A program made the position numbers and the translations under genes. DNA of 64,000 bases from Eledone cirrhosa (taxonomy: Eukaryota), in assembly GCA_964016885.1 (NCBI GenBank), contig OZ024743.1, positions 35,092,001 through 35,156,000 of the forward strand, given 5' to 3'. The notes beneath the pieces were generated by a model that saw only the letters and a program-made list of their open reading frames with translations, did not search any database and was not told the origin of the DNA. This document shows positions 13,386 through 28,439 of this stretch, piece by piece; within the stretch, counting starts at the first letter, position 1; every line of letters begins with the position of its first letter.

Positions 13386-16300
13386 AATGTCTTTTTAAAA
13401 CATCATTACCTTGCCCTAAATTCTTTTTAAATGCTTACTTTAATGATTAGTCACCAATTTTAACAGTATAAAAAAATATTCAAATAATTTGGGCTCAAAT
13501 CATCATCATCATTTTACATCCGTTTTCCATGCTGGTCAGATTGCTTGAGGGCCATGCCAAGCTCATACAATCCATTTTAGCAAAGTTTCTACAACTGGAT
13601 ACTCTTTCTAATGCCAACCACTTTACAGAGTGTATTGGCTGCATTTTATCATGGCTTCTGCACTACCACTTACAGTGTACTAGATTCATTTTGTCATGAC
13701 ACCAACACTACTGGAGTATAATAAAATTGCTATTCTTTGGCAAGTTATTTTTATTGAAACAGTTTATAAGTTTTATATTAGAATTGTTAATCATTTAACA
13801 AGGCTAATGCCAAATTTCTCATTTCATATTAGGGATGTGTTTTAACCATCATTATAAGTCCCATTATTTTGGGTACAGACTTACTAACCAAACAATTGAT
13901 GATTCATATATACTGTTACCAACATGTGATATATCTGTATCTCTTAACCCTTTTCATACCAATTTGCTTAAAACCCTCCTTCGCTCTACAATACTAAACT
14001 GTTTTAAAGTGTTTATACTTATCTAAAAACTTCCATCATAAATTTATGTAAGAACCTTTATTAAGTTATGTTCTAAACACCAACTTAATAATGAGAAAGT
14101 TGGTTATATTACTAAATCCCTCCAAATTCTTAATTATTTTTTAAATTATTTGAAAATAATAGACAACAGATAATTTTCATTAGCAATATGGTAATGAACA
14201 GGACTGGAGCTTCTATCATCCAAGTAACCTCCTATGAGATGTAACTAAATCACTCCAAATTCTTGATTATTTTCAAAATTATTTGAAAATCATAGGCATA
14301 AGAAATATGGCAACAAAATGGTTAAATGACTGCAATTGGTAAGTTCAGTGGCTAAAATGCTTAAATAATATGAAACATAAGCTACCCAAACAGCTATTGA
14401 AATACCACTATTTTCATAATAAACTAACAAGCAACAACAGCTGTTCATAATCAACTGATGACAATATATTTCAAATTAAGCAAATTTTATTGTAACAATT
14501 AATAACAAAGCAAACTGATAAATGCAAAGCCTTTGCTTTATGAAAACTAGACCACATTCTAAAACTATATAAAAAAAATTCAATATTTAGTTATTAATAA
14601 ACACTAAAAATTGGCCCTATGACTACATTCGATATCAATATTTTAATTAAACCGTAGCTGTTAATTTCACCTAGGTTTTCTACTATTGTTTTAAAACAAC
14701 AATGAAATCGTGTTTTAAATTCCCGAAATTACATGAAAAGTAAATTTTTTATAGAATTTATTAAGCATCTAACATTTTGGAAAGATAGTATATGTCATTG
14801 AGTGAGTAGTTTAGGACTAAATATTGTACAGGTAATAAGTTAAAAAGAAAGTATAGAAAGTCGTCTTTGACTCTCATTAGCATATAACATTTAATATTTA
14901 AGAGCAAAATAGAATACCAGTTGAGTAGTGGGGTTCATATGATTGACTGATATTAGTATCATTTCAGCTATCCTGAATGAATCTTCTTAGTGCTGCTTAC
15001 AATTCAAGGGCAGATGAAAGAGTAAATCCCTAACAGTCAGAGCATTCCCGTACTTTCTTTTGGGCTTTTTATTACATGTACAGTATCTATTTGTGCCCTC
15101 TTATTAAATGAACTGTCTGTTGTGTAAAGATCACATTTCCTCTATTTTGGACATAGTTTTACAACTGGATACCTTTACCTAGCATTAATTTCCCTCAAGT
15201 GAGTTACATATACAGTGTCTTTGCATCTGCATGGGTGCTCTCATTGGCAGAGTATAAAGTTGTCACTGCAACTCAAACCCTGGAATCTTATAAAAGAAAG
15301 ACACGTCAAATGTGGTCTTGGGTGTAATATGCTTGAGAAAAAACAATGATCACAGCTGGAATGCCCTTTTATTTTTGAAGTAAGTGATATCTATTTTGGT
15401 CCAGAAATAGAGGGATCATTACCCAGGAGGGCAGATAGAATTTTCAAACTTTTTAAAAATATTAATACAATAAAAATAAAACCCTTCCTGTTTACTACAA
15501 AATATACAGTTCTGATGTTTACTATTTAGAGTAAATTTCCCTAATGGTAAAATAACTCTAAGAAGATTATACTTGGGAATTATACATCCAATCAGATTCA
15601 TACTATGGCAGCTACATAACTAAATAACATATTATACTGTTTAGTAATTTTGCCTCGGTAGTTATTCCTCTCTTTCTCTTAGTTGTATCAGACAAGGCTA
15701 CACGTAAATTTTTATCAGTTTTGCAGGTCATGAATTCACTAATCATCACAATTATGTTATATATTGGAGTCAATAGTAGTTGGAGGATGCAAAGTTAGTA
15801 AAGCTTTAACATTTGGAAATGACACAGAAATAAAAAAGAAGGGCATACACTACATCTGTAAATAGATAGACAAATAGATGAAGATTAAAATTTCTAATCT
15901 TAATCTAAGGAGGGCTGGAACTTAAGTTTGGAAAGCATGTAGGCATCAATAACATTGGCAGATGTATGTAGGAGCAACGACTATACATCTGGTACATACC
16001 GTTAGTAAAATGCTGGAAGGTATATGTCATTGAGTTATAAGTCAAATAAGAATTGATATCATCAACTGATCTGAAATTACTGGACCTTAGCTATAAATTT
16101 GTAAATGCCTCCTTAAACCATGGGAGACTTTTAAAGACCAGCGTTTAGCTCCAGTTCTGTGAAGCAGATGAGGGCTTAATCTTGCTCATGAAAGGTCACC
16201 AATACACAACAGCTAGCATTCCATATGATTCATACTTATTCTCAAGAGCAATATAAACTAAGACAATGTAAAATATAGTGTTTTACCTCTAAACATATTT

Positions 16301-16648
16301 AAATGCTTGCAGTGAATTTGATCTCATGACCTCACTTTTACTACAGATGATATAGCATAGAACTGTAGATACACTTGTTTCGTGTCAGCATATAATGATG
16401 ATGATGAGGAGGATGAAGTAAAAAGCAAAAGAATAAAAGCAAAAGAATATAAGTAAATAAAACATGGTTTGGGGGAGAATTTCAGTACAACCATGTTGTG
16501 TAGGTAATTGGGGCAGTTTAAAATACAAGCTGCATTAGAATAAAAATGATATTCAAAATAACAGAAGTGAGAAAATTTGGGTGTTACCTTTTCTAGTCAT
16601 AACAAATGAATCACAGTAATATATAAGTTGCGTTATCTCACGGAAGTG

Positions 16649-16649
<1 letters not shown>

Positions 16650-16708
<59 letters not shown>
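16650..16708. repeat. (TG)n microsatellite
   Basis: Seen directly. Confidence 0.98.
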
Positions 16709-16710
<2 letters not shown>

Positions 16711-17200
16711 GGGTGCAACAGAAGGGACAACCCTTGCTGAAGATAGGATATTGAAAGATTTAAACATAATTATATTCATTATCATCTACATTTTCTGCTC
16801 CTCTGAACTACAACCAACATCTGTTCCTTTAAATCAGTCAACTTTATCCAGCTCCTAACTTTTCTCTACATAAACTGAGTTTTAAATAAATTTATCCACC
16901 TCTTCTCCATGACTATCAGATTCACTATTTATCTATGTCCACCAGTCTTAAGAGGGTTAAAGTAAGCTACAGATACTAACTTTCCTTCTCAAACTATTTA
17001 TGAAACAAAAAAAACATATTCCTCTTTGCATAAAAAAAAAGAATTGATAAAAAGGGCATGTTCCTTTTAGATGTCACCGATATTTTGTACCAGTAATTTC
17101 TATCCAATTAATCCTACCTTTTCATATCACATAATCACCTTAATCTTGTCGCTATAAACTTAGTTAAAATTATTTCATTTTTCATATCAACAGTCAGAAA

Positions 17201-17290
17201 TACCATCTATACTCATATATAAGCCGAGAAATATGTGACAAAAATTTTGATGGTAAAATAGGGTTGGCTTATATTCGAGGTCAATACTTT
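17201..17290. mobile_element. pogo/Tigger-like MITE remnant
   Basis: tactcatatataagccga ... ttggcttatattcgag inverted pair, resembling pogo-type TIRs. Confidence 0.45.
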
Positions 17291-18009
17291 GCTTATTTTC
17301 ACAAACTTCGAATTTTACATAAATGAGGTGCTAAAATATTTTCGTTTTGGAGGTAAATATTACACCAGTTACACTTTGGAAGTCTTTATGCTTTTAACGT
17401 TAATTAAACTGAACTCCTTCAATAGGGCCCGTCGGAGATTGGTAAAAAATCATTATATAATGGAATTGTGAAACAAAAACTATACTATAAACAACACTTA
17501 AAGCATTTTTAATATCAAAACTTCATAAATATATTCTCCACTCATGAGAATTTCGAAACCATATCATCTAAAAATAATGTGTTGATTATACATGGGGTTT
17601 GAATTTTTGCCTATTTCTCTCTTTTTCAATATTATCTTTCAAAACGAAGGGCTCTCATCTTGAAGCAGAAAACTTGGGAGAGAAGCAAGAGAAACCATAA
17701 ACATGTAATGAGCTCTGTAGATAAGGGTCCACAACTTAGCTTCATTTCCCATTTCTTGTTCTTTGTTGTCCATATTACACTTTATATTCAAACTGTTTTT
17801 TGAAAGGTGGTGTTTGCACATAGATAAAATACACACTCCCTACCAACTGATAATAGCTACACATACCAAAGAAACAGTTTTACATTACAGCTTCCATACT
17901 CATGAATAATATTAAAACTCTTCAAGTTGCTAAATTCTAGGATTTACCATATCTGAGGATCTGACAAAACTTTGATGATCTTTTACAGTGACCTTTCTTA
18001 TCTAATAAT

Positions 18010-18290
18010 GAAGGCACATGTCTTAGTGGTTAGTGTTGGCTATACAATCGTGAAATTATGAGTCTGATTCCTGGACTGGATTCCTTGATTTTATGTTGCT
18101 CCAGTTCACTCAACTGGAAAAGAATAAGTTGCCACATAACTTGTGCCAAGCTGCATTGGCCCTTGGACAACATTGGTGGCATGGAGATGGAAAACTGGTA
18201 TGCATGGGCAGCAAAATCACCTTGCCCAGACTTGTGCCTCAGAGAGGAACTTTCCAGGTGCAAATCCCAAAGTCATTCATGACCAAAGGG
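18010..18290 (+). mobile_element. Degenerate CORE-type SINE
   Basis: aggcacatgtcttagtggttag head and ttttatgttgctccagttcactcaactg core. Confidence 0.6.
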
Positions 18291-20380
18291 AGTCTTTATG
18301 CTTTTATTTACCAAATAACATTAATTAAACTGCACTCTAAAAACAAGGTTTTTTCATCAAGACCAGAAAATATTTCAAATCTGATAAATTGTTGACATTC
18401 TATAAAGCTAAAATGTGACACATTGAAATACTGCTCACATGAATATACACATAGTGTATCTAAAAATTGGCCATTGAGCTCATTGGCAGAAACTCACTGA
18501 CAGATATGCTACAACTACTAGTTCACAGATGTACTCTATCATCTATTACAATAGCAATAGTCACTTTTACTCTGGAACAAATAAGCTATGTACTTCAGCA
18601 CTCCAAACATTTTGTCTGATACTACTGATTCTGCCAACCTACTACCCTTCAACTAATGGATATCACCATCATTTAACTCTGGTTTCCTTACTAGCAGAGT
18701 CGGAAGAGTTATCTCCAACCAAGTCAGTACTTAATCAGAGCTACTGAGCTGATGGGTTAACCAACATCAAAAGCAAAAAGTTGAAAAATATTTTATTTCA
18801 CTTTTAGGAAAACCATAGATATTTGAGTGATAGAGACGAATATTCACTTAGACAAACAATTAAGAGCTGAGTCAAGAGCCAATACAGTAAGCGTGATGAA
18901 GAATGGGATCAAATGAACTCAGGCTATTTTGAATAAGCAATGCCACATAGTAAACTGAAAATGATGTATCGATGAAAATATAAACAATGCTCTTATGAGA
19001 GCACAATATTTTAAATATGGGAATGAGTATAAGAAATTAAAGAAGTGCCATAAATAGGTAGTTGTTGATAAACCATACCATGAATGGGTAATTATCCATA
19101 CACATCTAGAGGGAAGTAGTTTGACCTGAAGAAGTTGAGCATTAGAATTAGAGGACTTTTGTTTTCTACAAGCACAGAGACACAACCATCAGCACAACCT
19201 CTGAGTGATATGTAATGTGCACATACATAAGTATTTTCTTATAAGCTGATGAAGATTTGTTCTTTGGTGCCCACATGCATCGTCAAAAGGGACACGAGGT
19301 ATTTTGTTCAATTCAGCTATTTATTACCTACCATCAAGTGTGTGTGTGGAGAGAGAGAGAGAGAGACGAACAAATATTGAAGACAATTGTAAACATATTT
19401 CGGACCCAATACATTAGGTTTTTATTACATGAAGCTAAATTCCAACTAACTTTATGGGGTTCGAAGTAAATATGCACTGCTTATCAGCAAGATGGAAAAC
19501 AATGAACTCAGCTTCCCTATATAATTCTAAAATTAAGGTGTAAAAAGTCGATTAAATCGACTTTCCCGTTCTCTCTGAAATTGCTGGCCTTGTGCCAATA
19601 TTAAAAAAAGTGATTAAGTTGAATTTAGTTTTGCCTATTATCCTTACGGTGTCGATAAAATAAATTACCAGTAACGTACTCGAGTCGATTTAATCGATTG
19701 TGTGTCCCCACCAAATTTCTGGCCTTATGCCTAAATTAGAAACCATTTTATTCGTGAAAGTAGAAAAAAGATCTAGTGATTGAAAAAGCAGAAAAAAAAG
19801 AAAGAAAAAAAAACGCATGATATTGGTTGTGAAGAGTTGATAGGATTTAGGGACAACTGTAAAGTTGGAGAAAACAATATAAAACTGTTGGCGAAGGATG
19901 GGCGAAAGTAGATAGATGACGAAGATAACAGTGATGTGTAGCAAATAGTAAATTTACTCGGTAAATTAGTCATACACAGTTGAGTCAACAGAGAAAGAAA
20001 ACAAACAAGATACACGTGGTCGTTTTTATTTTACTATAAAGTTAGTTGTATTGTTAACACCAGGTCAAACATTTATTAAAGGCTAATGACCCTCTCCTGT
20101 TTGGTTTTCAGACACTATATCCAACGTGTCCTTTTTTTCTTTCTTTTTTAAAAGTGCGATTTGAGGGTGAATTGGCTGGTATTTTTAGCTAGTTGAGAGA
20201 CTGTAAAGAAGTCTTTTTGATCGATAAAGCTGGTGTGTCTGAAGCCACTGATTTCGCTTTAATTTAGCAATTATTCAATTGTTTCTTTATTCAATTATTG
20301 TGTTCTACCTAAGTAGTTATATAATTTATGATAAAAACTGTATAAACATATTTACAGTAACAATAATAATAATGATTTTA

Positions 20381-20890
20381 ATAATAATAATGATTTCTAG
20401 TATAGGCACAAGGCCAGTAATTTGGGGGAGAGGGGAAAGTCAATTAAATTGACCCCAGTGTGTGACTGGTACTTTATTTTATCGACCCCGTAAGGATGGA
20501 AGGCAAAGTTAACCTCGGCGGGATTTGAACTCAGATCATAAAGGGCCGTAACTCTGCTGCAAAGCATAGCGTCCGACACTCTGCCGATACTGCCAATCCA
20601 CCGCCTTAACGACAATAATAATAATAATTTCATTTATTGGCCACAAGGGCCGACATGTAGGGACAAACAATAATAATGATTTCTACAATAGGCACAAGGC
20701 CAGTAATTTGGGGGGAGGGGAAAGTCGATTAAATCGACCCCAGTGCATTACTGGTACTTTATTTTATCGACCCCATAAAGATGAAAGGCAAAGTTAACCT
20801 CGGCGCGATTTGAACTCAGAATGACGAGGGCCGTAATTCTATGCGTCAAAGCATGGTGTCCGACCCTCTACCGATACTGCCAAACCACAA
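20381..20890 (-). mobile_element. Two tandem SINE family B copies
   Basis: Near-full copies at ~20381-20612 and ~20670-20890 with core ctggtactttattttatcgacccc.taag.atg.aaggc. Confidence 0.85.
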
Positions 20891-23800
20891 CAATAATGAC
20901 AACTATAATGACGGCAATAATAATAAAAAAGGGAAAGGAAAGAATAGGGAAATATAGAGAAAAAAGAAAAAGAAAAAGAACGGGAAGGGGGGTCGCTGGC
21001 TAGAGCTCTGGTATCGCAGAAGAGGGGGGAGGGGTTGAAAGATTATTTACAATTTTATAAGGAAAAAGGAAAGAAAAAGGCAGCATCAAACCGTGAAGTC
21101 TGGCAAGGGTGAAGTACTTTAACTACGTGCTTATTAACAACATAATTAACAAATAAAATCAGCTCATAACATGATAACATAAACAGTATTATATAAAAAA
21201 TTATTAAAGAAAAGAGCACTTGAAAATATCGATTAGTTGAGACTATCAACAGTCGGTTTCTGTATTTATCGTTTGCATATATATATAATATAGTTTTTTT
21301 CCAAATTGGTAATAAGAACTGAGGTTAGTTATTCAATGAGGTACGTGTTTGTGGTTCAAAAAGTTTGCTTAGGGTTTTTTTATTGTTTTGTTTGGTATTT
21401 TTCCAATTTCACTATAGGAAGAAACAGGTTACAAACAGTGCAACGAAAATTTTGACATCAAGGAATACGTGTTGTAGAGTGAATATAGCAGTTTTGGAAA
21501 AAAGCTTAAATGACGATGTAACTACTTTATTTACCATCACCAGTGACTTTACTTGTTTGCATTCGCATATTATGCATGGTTATAGGGGAAAATTTGGTAA
21601 CAATAGATTTCTGTTTTAAACTAAAAAAAATGCATATAAAATTTACGTAGGAAATTGGCAGTATTCCAATTTTGGTAAAAATTGGATAGAATCAAATATT
21701 AGAGTATTACTGTTATTGATTTTATTAGCACATTGATGTTGGTAGCAATTCAATTTAAAACTCAAATTGACGAAAGTAAAATGTGTAAGGCCACTCCCCA
21801 ATCTTTTCTAAAATGTAAAATATAACATAGGCATTTTAATTTTTTTTCATGTAAAAATAATCTCTTTTCTAGGATTCAAGTTACTTAATTATGACCTTAA
21901 CAAATATGACCATATAAAGTTGTTCACGCTCAATAAAAATAAAAATTTAGTGTAAATTCTGTTTTAGTTATGTGGCATTTCTTCGGAGAATGAGATGACT
22001 ACCAATACGAGCTCTTGAATTTCTTGTTATGGTCTAGTAATAAACAAATAAAAATTTTCCTCTTTTCGAATGAGGGTCAAACGAGTGTGCCACGACGTTT
22101 ACAAATTACATTTCTAGCATACGTGATGATAAACTTCCTCTACTGACAAGTATGCGTGTAGCGTCAGCTAACAGAACACACTACTTACTATTACATGTAC
22201 TATTGTTATCATCCTTATTAAGGCAGTGGTTTAATGGAATCGTTAGAACATCGGACAAAATTGCTTTGCAGTATTTTTTACGGTATTCCGAGGTCGAGTT
22301 CGTACATCCTTTCGGAGGGGGGGGGGGGGGTTATAAAATAAATACCAGTTCCAAATCTTCTATTATTTCTGACCTTGTGCCTATACTAGAAATTATTATT
22401 AGTATTTTTAAAAAAGGATGGTGGAATAGCAGAAATGGTAACCTGGCAGAGCTAATTTATTTCTTATGGTATTTAGTTTCGGTCTGATTTTAAATTCCAC
22501 TGGGGTCGATTTTGGTTTCTATTCCTCTAGGATCAATATATTAAAAAAAAAGCATCTGTACACTCCCCAAAATGTGTGGCCTTAAGCCAAGATATTCTGA
22601 ATGCACAAGAAAAAACTTTCGCGCACGTTTAGCTAGACAACCACCAATGAAAGTAATTTGTAGAAGTGCCAGTCGTTTTCGACTCTGAATCGAAATCATT
22701 TCATTTTAGCCACTAATATCCTTAGGAAAATCATTAATAGTTACAACACACTATTCCCCAAACTGAACCAAAAAAGTTGTAACGGAATAAATAAAGCAAC
22801 AACGACCTAATTTCGAAACAAGACAGTCACAACTTCCTTTTACCATTCTTCAAAAAATATATATATATCTCAGCTTTCATATCTATGCAAATAGAAGTGA
22901 AAGAAAAGAATAAGATTCTATCTATGATTAATAGTTTAGAAGATATATTCTGCAAGATGTAAGATAGAAACATGAAATAGATTCTCAATGATTGTAATAA
23001 TACACCCAGCAGGTTGGTGGTTGGTAATGGAGAAGTTTTTATAACTTGTTCTGTGGTTTATTAATTCCGTTGCACTAAGGATTGGTTATGATACCAGAAA
23101 TAAACATTTCGTCACATCTTTTTATTAAAACCAAGTCTCATAAATGAGGAACGTTTAGAAAACTTCAAAGTAAAAACAAAATGATAATGAAAACAACGGG
23201 GATAGTAGAGTAAAAATCAGACGACATGATATTGGTTTCTGATTTTTTTTTTCCAGTAGAAATATAGATGTGCCATCACACATACACAGACATAAGGATG
23301 GCGGTGCTGTTGATGATGGCGAAAAAAACTAGGGCAACGGGAACGAGTAGGTGTCCAGCCCACGATAAGTTTCAAAAACGCGTTTTGGCGCATGCTGGAT
23401 TCGCCTACACAGTGAGATGATGCATCATAATACCATTTACAGTCACAGCTGGCACCACTACATGTAGGTACACACTGCTAAAACAACGTCGACCTATTTA
23501 TTTTCTTATATTGTAAACTGATGAAGTTGAAGAGTTTACCAGACAAAAAACAAAACAAATAAAAAAAACTTTAGATAATATATAATGGAAGACAAGAGAG
23601 AATCAAAACGAGAATACTTTCTTAGTGACAAGCGAGAGAAAAACAAACTAACGAAGCGTGACGGCAATAACAGCCGCAGAAAGAAGGAACTATGTAGACA
23701 TGTAAATAAAAGAAAATTTAACACTCCTCTTCACCCAAAAATAAAACTAATAAAAGAACATGCTTAAAATATTTATCAGTATAAACAATACAAATGAATT

Positions 23801-24088
23801 AGAAATAGTTAATCTGTATATAATAATTTTAAAAATTGATTTACTAGTCGCGAATGCTTTTAAGGATTTGTAACCTATGCCTTCGAGAAAACGATGTACA
23901 ATATATTCCAATTTATATATGATTTTCTTGTATTTTAAACATTGTCTAAGACACTTCGTTTTACTTGCAATGGGTTAAATTCCGTCTACATAAGGGTAAA
24001 TTCGCTGAGTCTAAATATATATATATATATACTGTGCCTTTTGTTTTGTTATTTTTAGTTATTTGTTTACCTTTTACATACATATATA

Positions 24089-24186
24089 CAGGGTCTCCCA
24101 AAAAATGTACACACATTTCAATAGCAATCTAATAAATATTACCTGTACAGGTAATTAAAATGTGTATACATTTTTGGGACACCTTG
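24089..24186. mobile_element. Tc1/mariner-type MITE (a third TIR copy at ~24219-24265)
   Basis: ta-cagggtctcccaaaaaatgtacacacattt ... aaatgtgtatacatttttgggacaccttg inverted ends. Confidence 0.7.
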
Positions 24187-24334
24187 CGCGCGCGTGTGTG
24201 TGTGTACACACGCACACACAGAGTGTCCAAAAATGTATACACACTTCAACAGCATTCTAATAAATAAATGAATACAAATATATTCAGACTCAGCAAATTT
24301 ACCCCTATGTAGACGAAATTTAACTCCACCGAGT

Positions 24335-25090
24335 AAAGCTCAATGAGTAATGGTACACGTTAAACCAGACACCACTGTGGAGTTGAAAGGTCGAGCAAAA
24401 TCATGCCAGATGATGCTGGTCAAGTTGTCCGAGGTCATGTTGCACTAGATGGCATCCCATTTGTTTTGGGAGGACTGGACATCTACAAAGGGAAGAGGGA
24501 GATGGACGTCTGCAGAATGGAAGCCGAGTTGGTTCCATGTCACCGAGGGTGCCTTGCGTTCCCCGATCACAGTAGATTCCATTGTGTTGATGAGGAAACA
24601 GTAAGCGGTCACTGATGAAAGAAATACCAGCAAGGCTAGTGAGACTTGAGACCGAGGCCACCATATCTAACAGGTAAAATAGCCTGTTGCCATCCAGTGT
24701 CATCAAACCAGCCATTGCATATCTTCTCAGCAGCCTGTCAGATACAAGCATCAAGGTCTTTGAGTAGAGATGCATTGCTGTAGCAGGAGGCATTGTGGAG
24801 GATATATAAAAGCTTTGGCATGGCAAAGCAGCTCCTTAACAGGAAGAGTTGCGGATGGGTGCTGATCAGGTGCAGTCTGTTCATTAGAATTTCAAGCTGG
24901 AGAAGCCTGGATCTGAGGGTGGAGTAATGGCATGTGGGAGGATCAATGAACCGAAGATAAGGACGCATTCTTTAGAGGTCACCTGCACCTAGTGGAGTAA
25001 TGATCGCACTTCCGAGACAGAGGCAGTGAAGCCCTCTGCATCGCAACTGATGTACATGACCTCTCAAGACCAATCCTCTCCAGAGCAGGA
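24335..25090 (-). mobile_element. CRE-like RLE-type non-LTR retrotransposon fragment (RT thumb region)
   Basis: Translates LFLLRSCFAMPKLLYIL...WQQAILPVRYGGLGL...HSGVWF; PxxxGGLG motif; stops and frameshifts present. Confidence 0.75.
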
Positions 25091-25739
25091 ACCATAAGTA
25101 AAGACTGTGAAACAAAGAAAATTGGTAATGGCCCAATCACCATTTAAACATCATGGTAGAATGGCAGTTAAGGAAACTATAGGAGTAAAGAAGTAATCAG
25201 AAGAAGTAATAACTATAGGAGTAAAGAAGTAATCAGGCATGGTTAAAATTAACCCTTTAGCAAAATAAACTGAGATCGATATCTTGACTAAGCGATAGCA
25301 GTTATGCAACTCCATCGTATTAGTATTGATAAAATACATCCATTCTGCCATTTGTCATACATCTGCTCTCCATGCTTTTATGAGGTGGAGGGGGTCATCA
25401 CAATCTTAGTCAGTTCTCATTTAGAGTTAGAGCAAGACAGGTCGAATGGTGTCTCATAAATGTTTCGTTTTGGGCATGGTTTCTACAGTTAGATGCCCTA
25501 CCATTTTATGGGATGTACTGGATGTGTTTTATCATACATATAAATAAACACATATATACACATTAAATGAAAAAATGAAATTTACAGTTCACACTTGTGA
25601 AGTTTTGTCTTGTAGGTGGTTTCTTGGGTGTTTTAATGATAGAGGCTCCAATCCTATCATGAAAAGCAACATGAAACAATATCTTGGTCAAGAACAGAAC
25701 ATGGTATCTGGTCCAGGAACGAAACTCATGACATATGCA

Positions 25740-27896
25740 CATACATATACATCGAACAATTCACCCAACATCAGAAACTCCTTACATCCTGCTAGATACT
25801 CATCTCAATCAGGACTAACAAATGAACAAAGGGACCATTTCTATGATATTGTCATACAGGACTACCTCAATAAAGAATGATAGTGACTTCATTATTATGG
25901 TTGGAAACTTTAACAGACAAGTTGGGTAATACCATAATTACTGAGGATATGATACAAAAAATGAGGAGATAGCAAAACTCCTGGAGTACTGTGATGTATT
26001 TGATCTTACTATTTGCAACACTAATTTCAGGAACCCTGCTAGCCACAGGTGATCACACAAGGAAACAGGATAGACAGCTATTTGTAACTACTAAGACTTT
26101 ACTTGAAGAATATACTACTCAACAGAGACTAATAATTAGTGGTACCATAGTAAGTAGACAGACCCAGAGACACAGAACTATCTGAAAAAGGAATACATGG
26201 AAACTGAAAGATTATACATGTTGTGCAGGAGATAGTAACTGTATAGTGGACAACTATGAGTTTTTATGAGACAATTTGCTGTGAGACAGCCCAGATTAAT
26301 GATAGTAATATATTTGCAACCATGATGACTTGGTGGAATAGTATATTAGATAGAGCCATGAAAACTAAAAGAAGTTTGCTCCAAGTGGATCCAACTGACA
26401 ATAACAGCTATACAACCAAAAACATAATTAAGGATATGGAGGTAGAAATAGCAGCTGAGCTGGCAAACAGTCACTGAGATGCTTGAAAATATCTGGCAAA
26501 ATAAGACATATGCTAGTCACTTGCATAGTCAATCAAATAATATAGAGAAATGTCATTTCAAATTACTTGAATAACTGTATAACTTCCAGCTGCTACAATA
26601 TCAAAAACATGGCTCTAAAAAAAACACAAAATAGGCCTCAATTTAATGGATCAGGTTATGAAAGTATCAGGAAAAGTTACAGGGAGGGAATTAGATTAGA
26701 TGAGATGCAATTTAGTTTTTTGCCAGACAGGATACCATCAATGCTCTCTTTCTAGTTAGATGACTGCAGCAGTCTTAGGAAAGAGTAAGCCATAATGCCT
26801 AGCATTTGTTGATTCGGAGAAGGCATTTGACAGTGTAGCCTGGTGGTCATTAAATTAACTAGGTGTAGTTTGGGTGGCTTGTGAGAGTTTTGTCAGGGAT
26901 ACTATCAGGAAAGTAAAAGTTGTTGATGAGTACAGTGAGGAATTTACTATGCAAGTAGGTGTCCATCAAGACTCAGTTCTCAAGTTCTTATTGTTTATTA
27001 TAGTTCGTTAGGTCATAAGAGGGGAGTTTAAGGCTAGGTATCCATAGAAACAGTACAGCAATGACCTAGTTCTCATAGCAGAGTCTGCTGAAGATTTAGA
27101 GAAGAAATTTCAAACATTGACGCAAAGCTGAGAAGTTAGAAGCTATGAAGTAAAAGACAAAACCCCTTGCAGGAAAGCAGACTGGTCTCTACTGTTATCT
27201 GGTTCTGGCAAGTAGACATGCTTGATATGCAGAAAAGTGGTAGGTAGGAATTCCATACTGTGTATCCAAATGTAAATTATAGGGTTCACAAGGTGTAGTG
27301 GAATCATAAGCAGGTTGACAAGGAAGGAAGACTTCATGCACAAGAGAAGTAAGCAGCAAGAGTATGCATGAAATAAATTCTTTCAAGTGCCCAGGAAGCT
27401 GCATAGAATTAGACATGAAGGTGGGTGCTCCAAAAGCAGAAGAGCCAGTAAGACCAGATTGTTAAATGTTTAGACAGCTATTATATCTACTGGCAACAGG
27501 GATTCTCTTTACAACTGAAGGGCAATTTGTAAGAGACATAGTCACTGAATGTTGAGGATGTAGAAAGGTTGGAAAGAAATGTGATGAGCACTCTTTACTG
27601 GATATATTATGTTAGTGTATAGAAAATTACAGAGCATAAATAAAATGAGAGAATAAGGGAGTATAAGAGAAAGAAGATGTAATGTGCAAAAAGAGAAGAC
27701 TGTGCTGGTGAGCACATGATGCATATAGAGAATAACAGATAGATAAATAAGTGCTAAATTATCTAAGTAGAAGGGCTCTCCAAATGGGTAAGAAATAAAG
27801 GCTGAACCTCAGGCAACAGATGAGAAGGGACTGCAACAAGTGGTGTTCTGTATTGGAGAAAACCCACTATAAAAATGCTAATGATGATGATGATGA
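25740..27896 (+). mobile_element. Old, degenerate near-full-length RTE LINE (APE, RT, PHD-like finger, tail)
   Basis: YSSQSGLTNEQRDHFY (APE), IRLDEMQFSF, FVDSEKAFD, VGVHQDSVL, DLVL, remnant of C..CRK..GRNSILC, ends in (gat)n. Confidence 0.85.
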
Positions 27897-28439
27897 TACA
27901 TACACGTATATATTTTTTGGCAATATTCCTAAAACAAAGTTAGTGAGTTGTTTATGTGTAGACAAAAACAAAATACAATGAAAACAGCAATAACGTATGG
28001 TTGGTACACGTGTAATTAAGTTTGGAACTGTGGATGGAGAAGAAATTCTAAACTGCCTCAAGAACTATTACTATTAGTCTGTCTGTTTGGTAAAAATAAA
28101 ATATACCAGTCTGTGGGTATTAGAAACAATCAAAACGAACTAGCTTATGTGTTGCTGAAAACACTTAAAATGAACCAGCCATTTGTTTATTACATAACAT
28201 CATCTGAATACACAAACTATGTACAAGACAACAAGAGAGCCTGTACATATTTGTTTGACCCACTAAAAATAGCAGCCACATCTCCCTCAATTCACACCCA
28301 ACCATCTAGAAAATAGAAAGGTACACTGAATATAATGTCAGGGAAAAGGGGAATCAGTCTAATAAGTTTGCTTGTACAAGGCCAATGCAAGACAATATTT
28401 CTCATAAATACAGTTAGGTTAAAGAAGGGGCTGTGCCCA

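Noticed and set aside
23290-23430. CpG-retaining promoter-like patch (gatggcg, gcgcatg)
   Set aside because: Motifs are partial and no linked exon was identified.
25175-25236. 26-bp tandem duplication aactataggagtaaagaagtaatcag
   Set aside because: Ordinary slippage duplication with no further structure.
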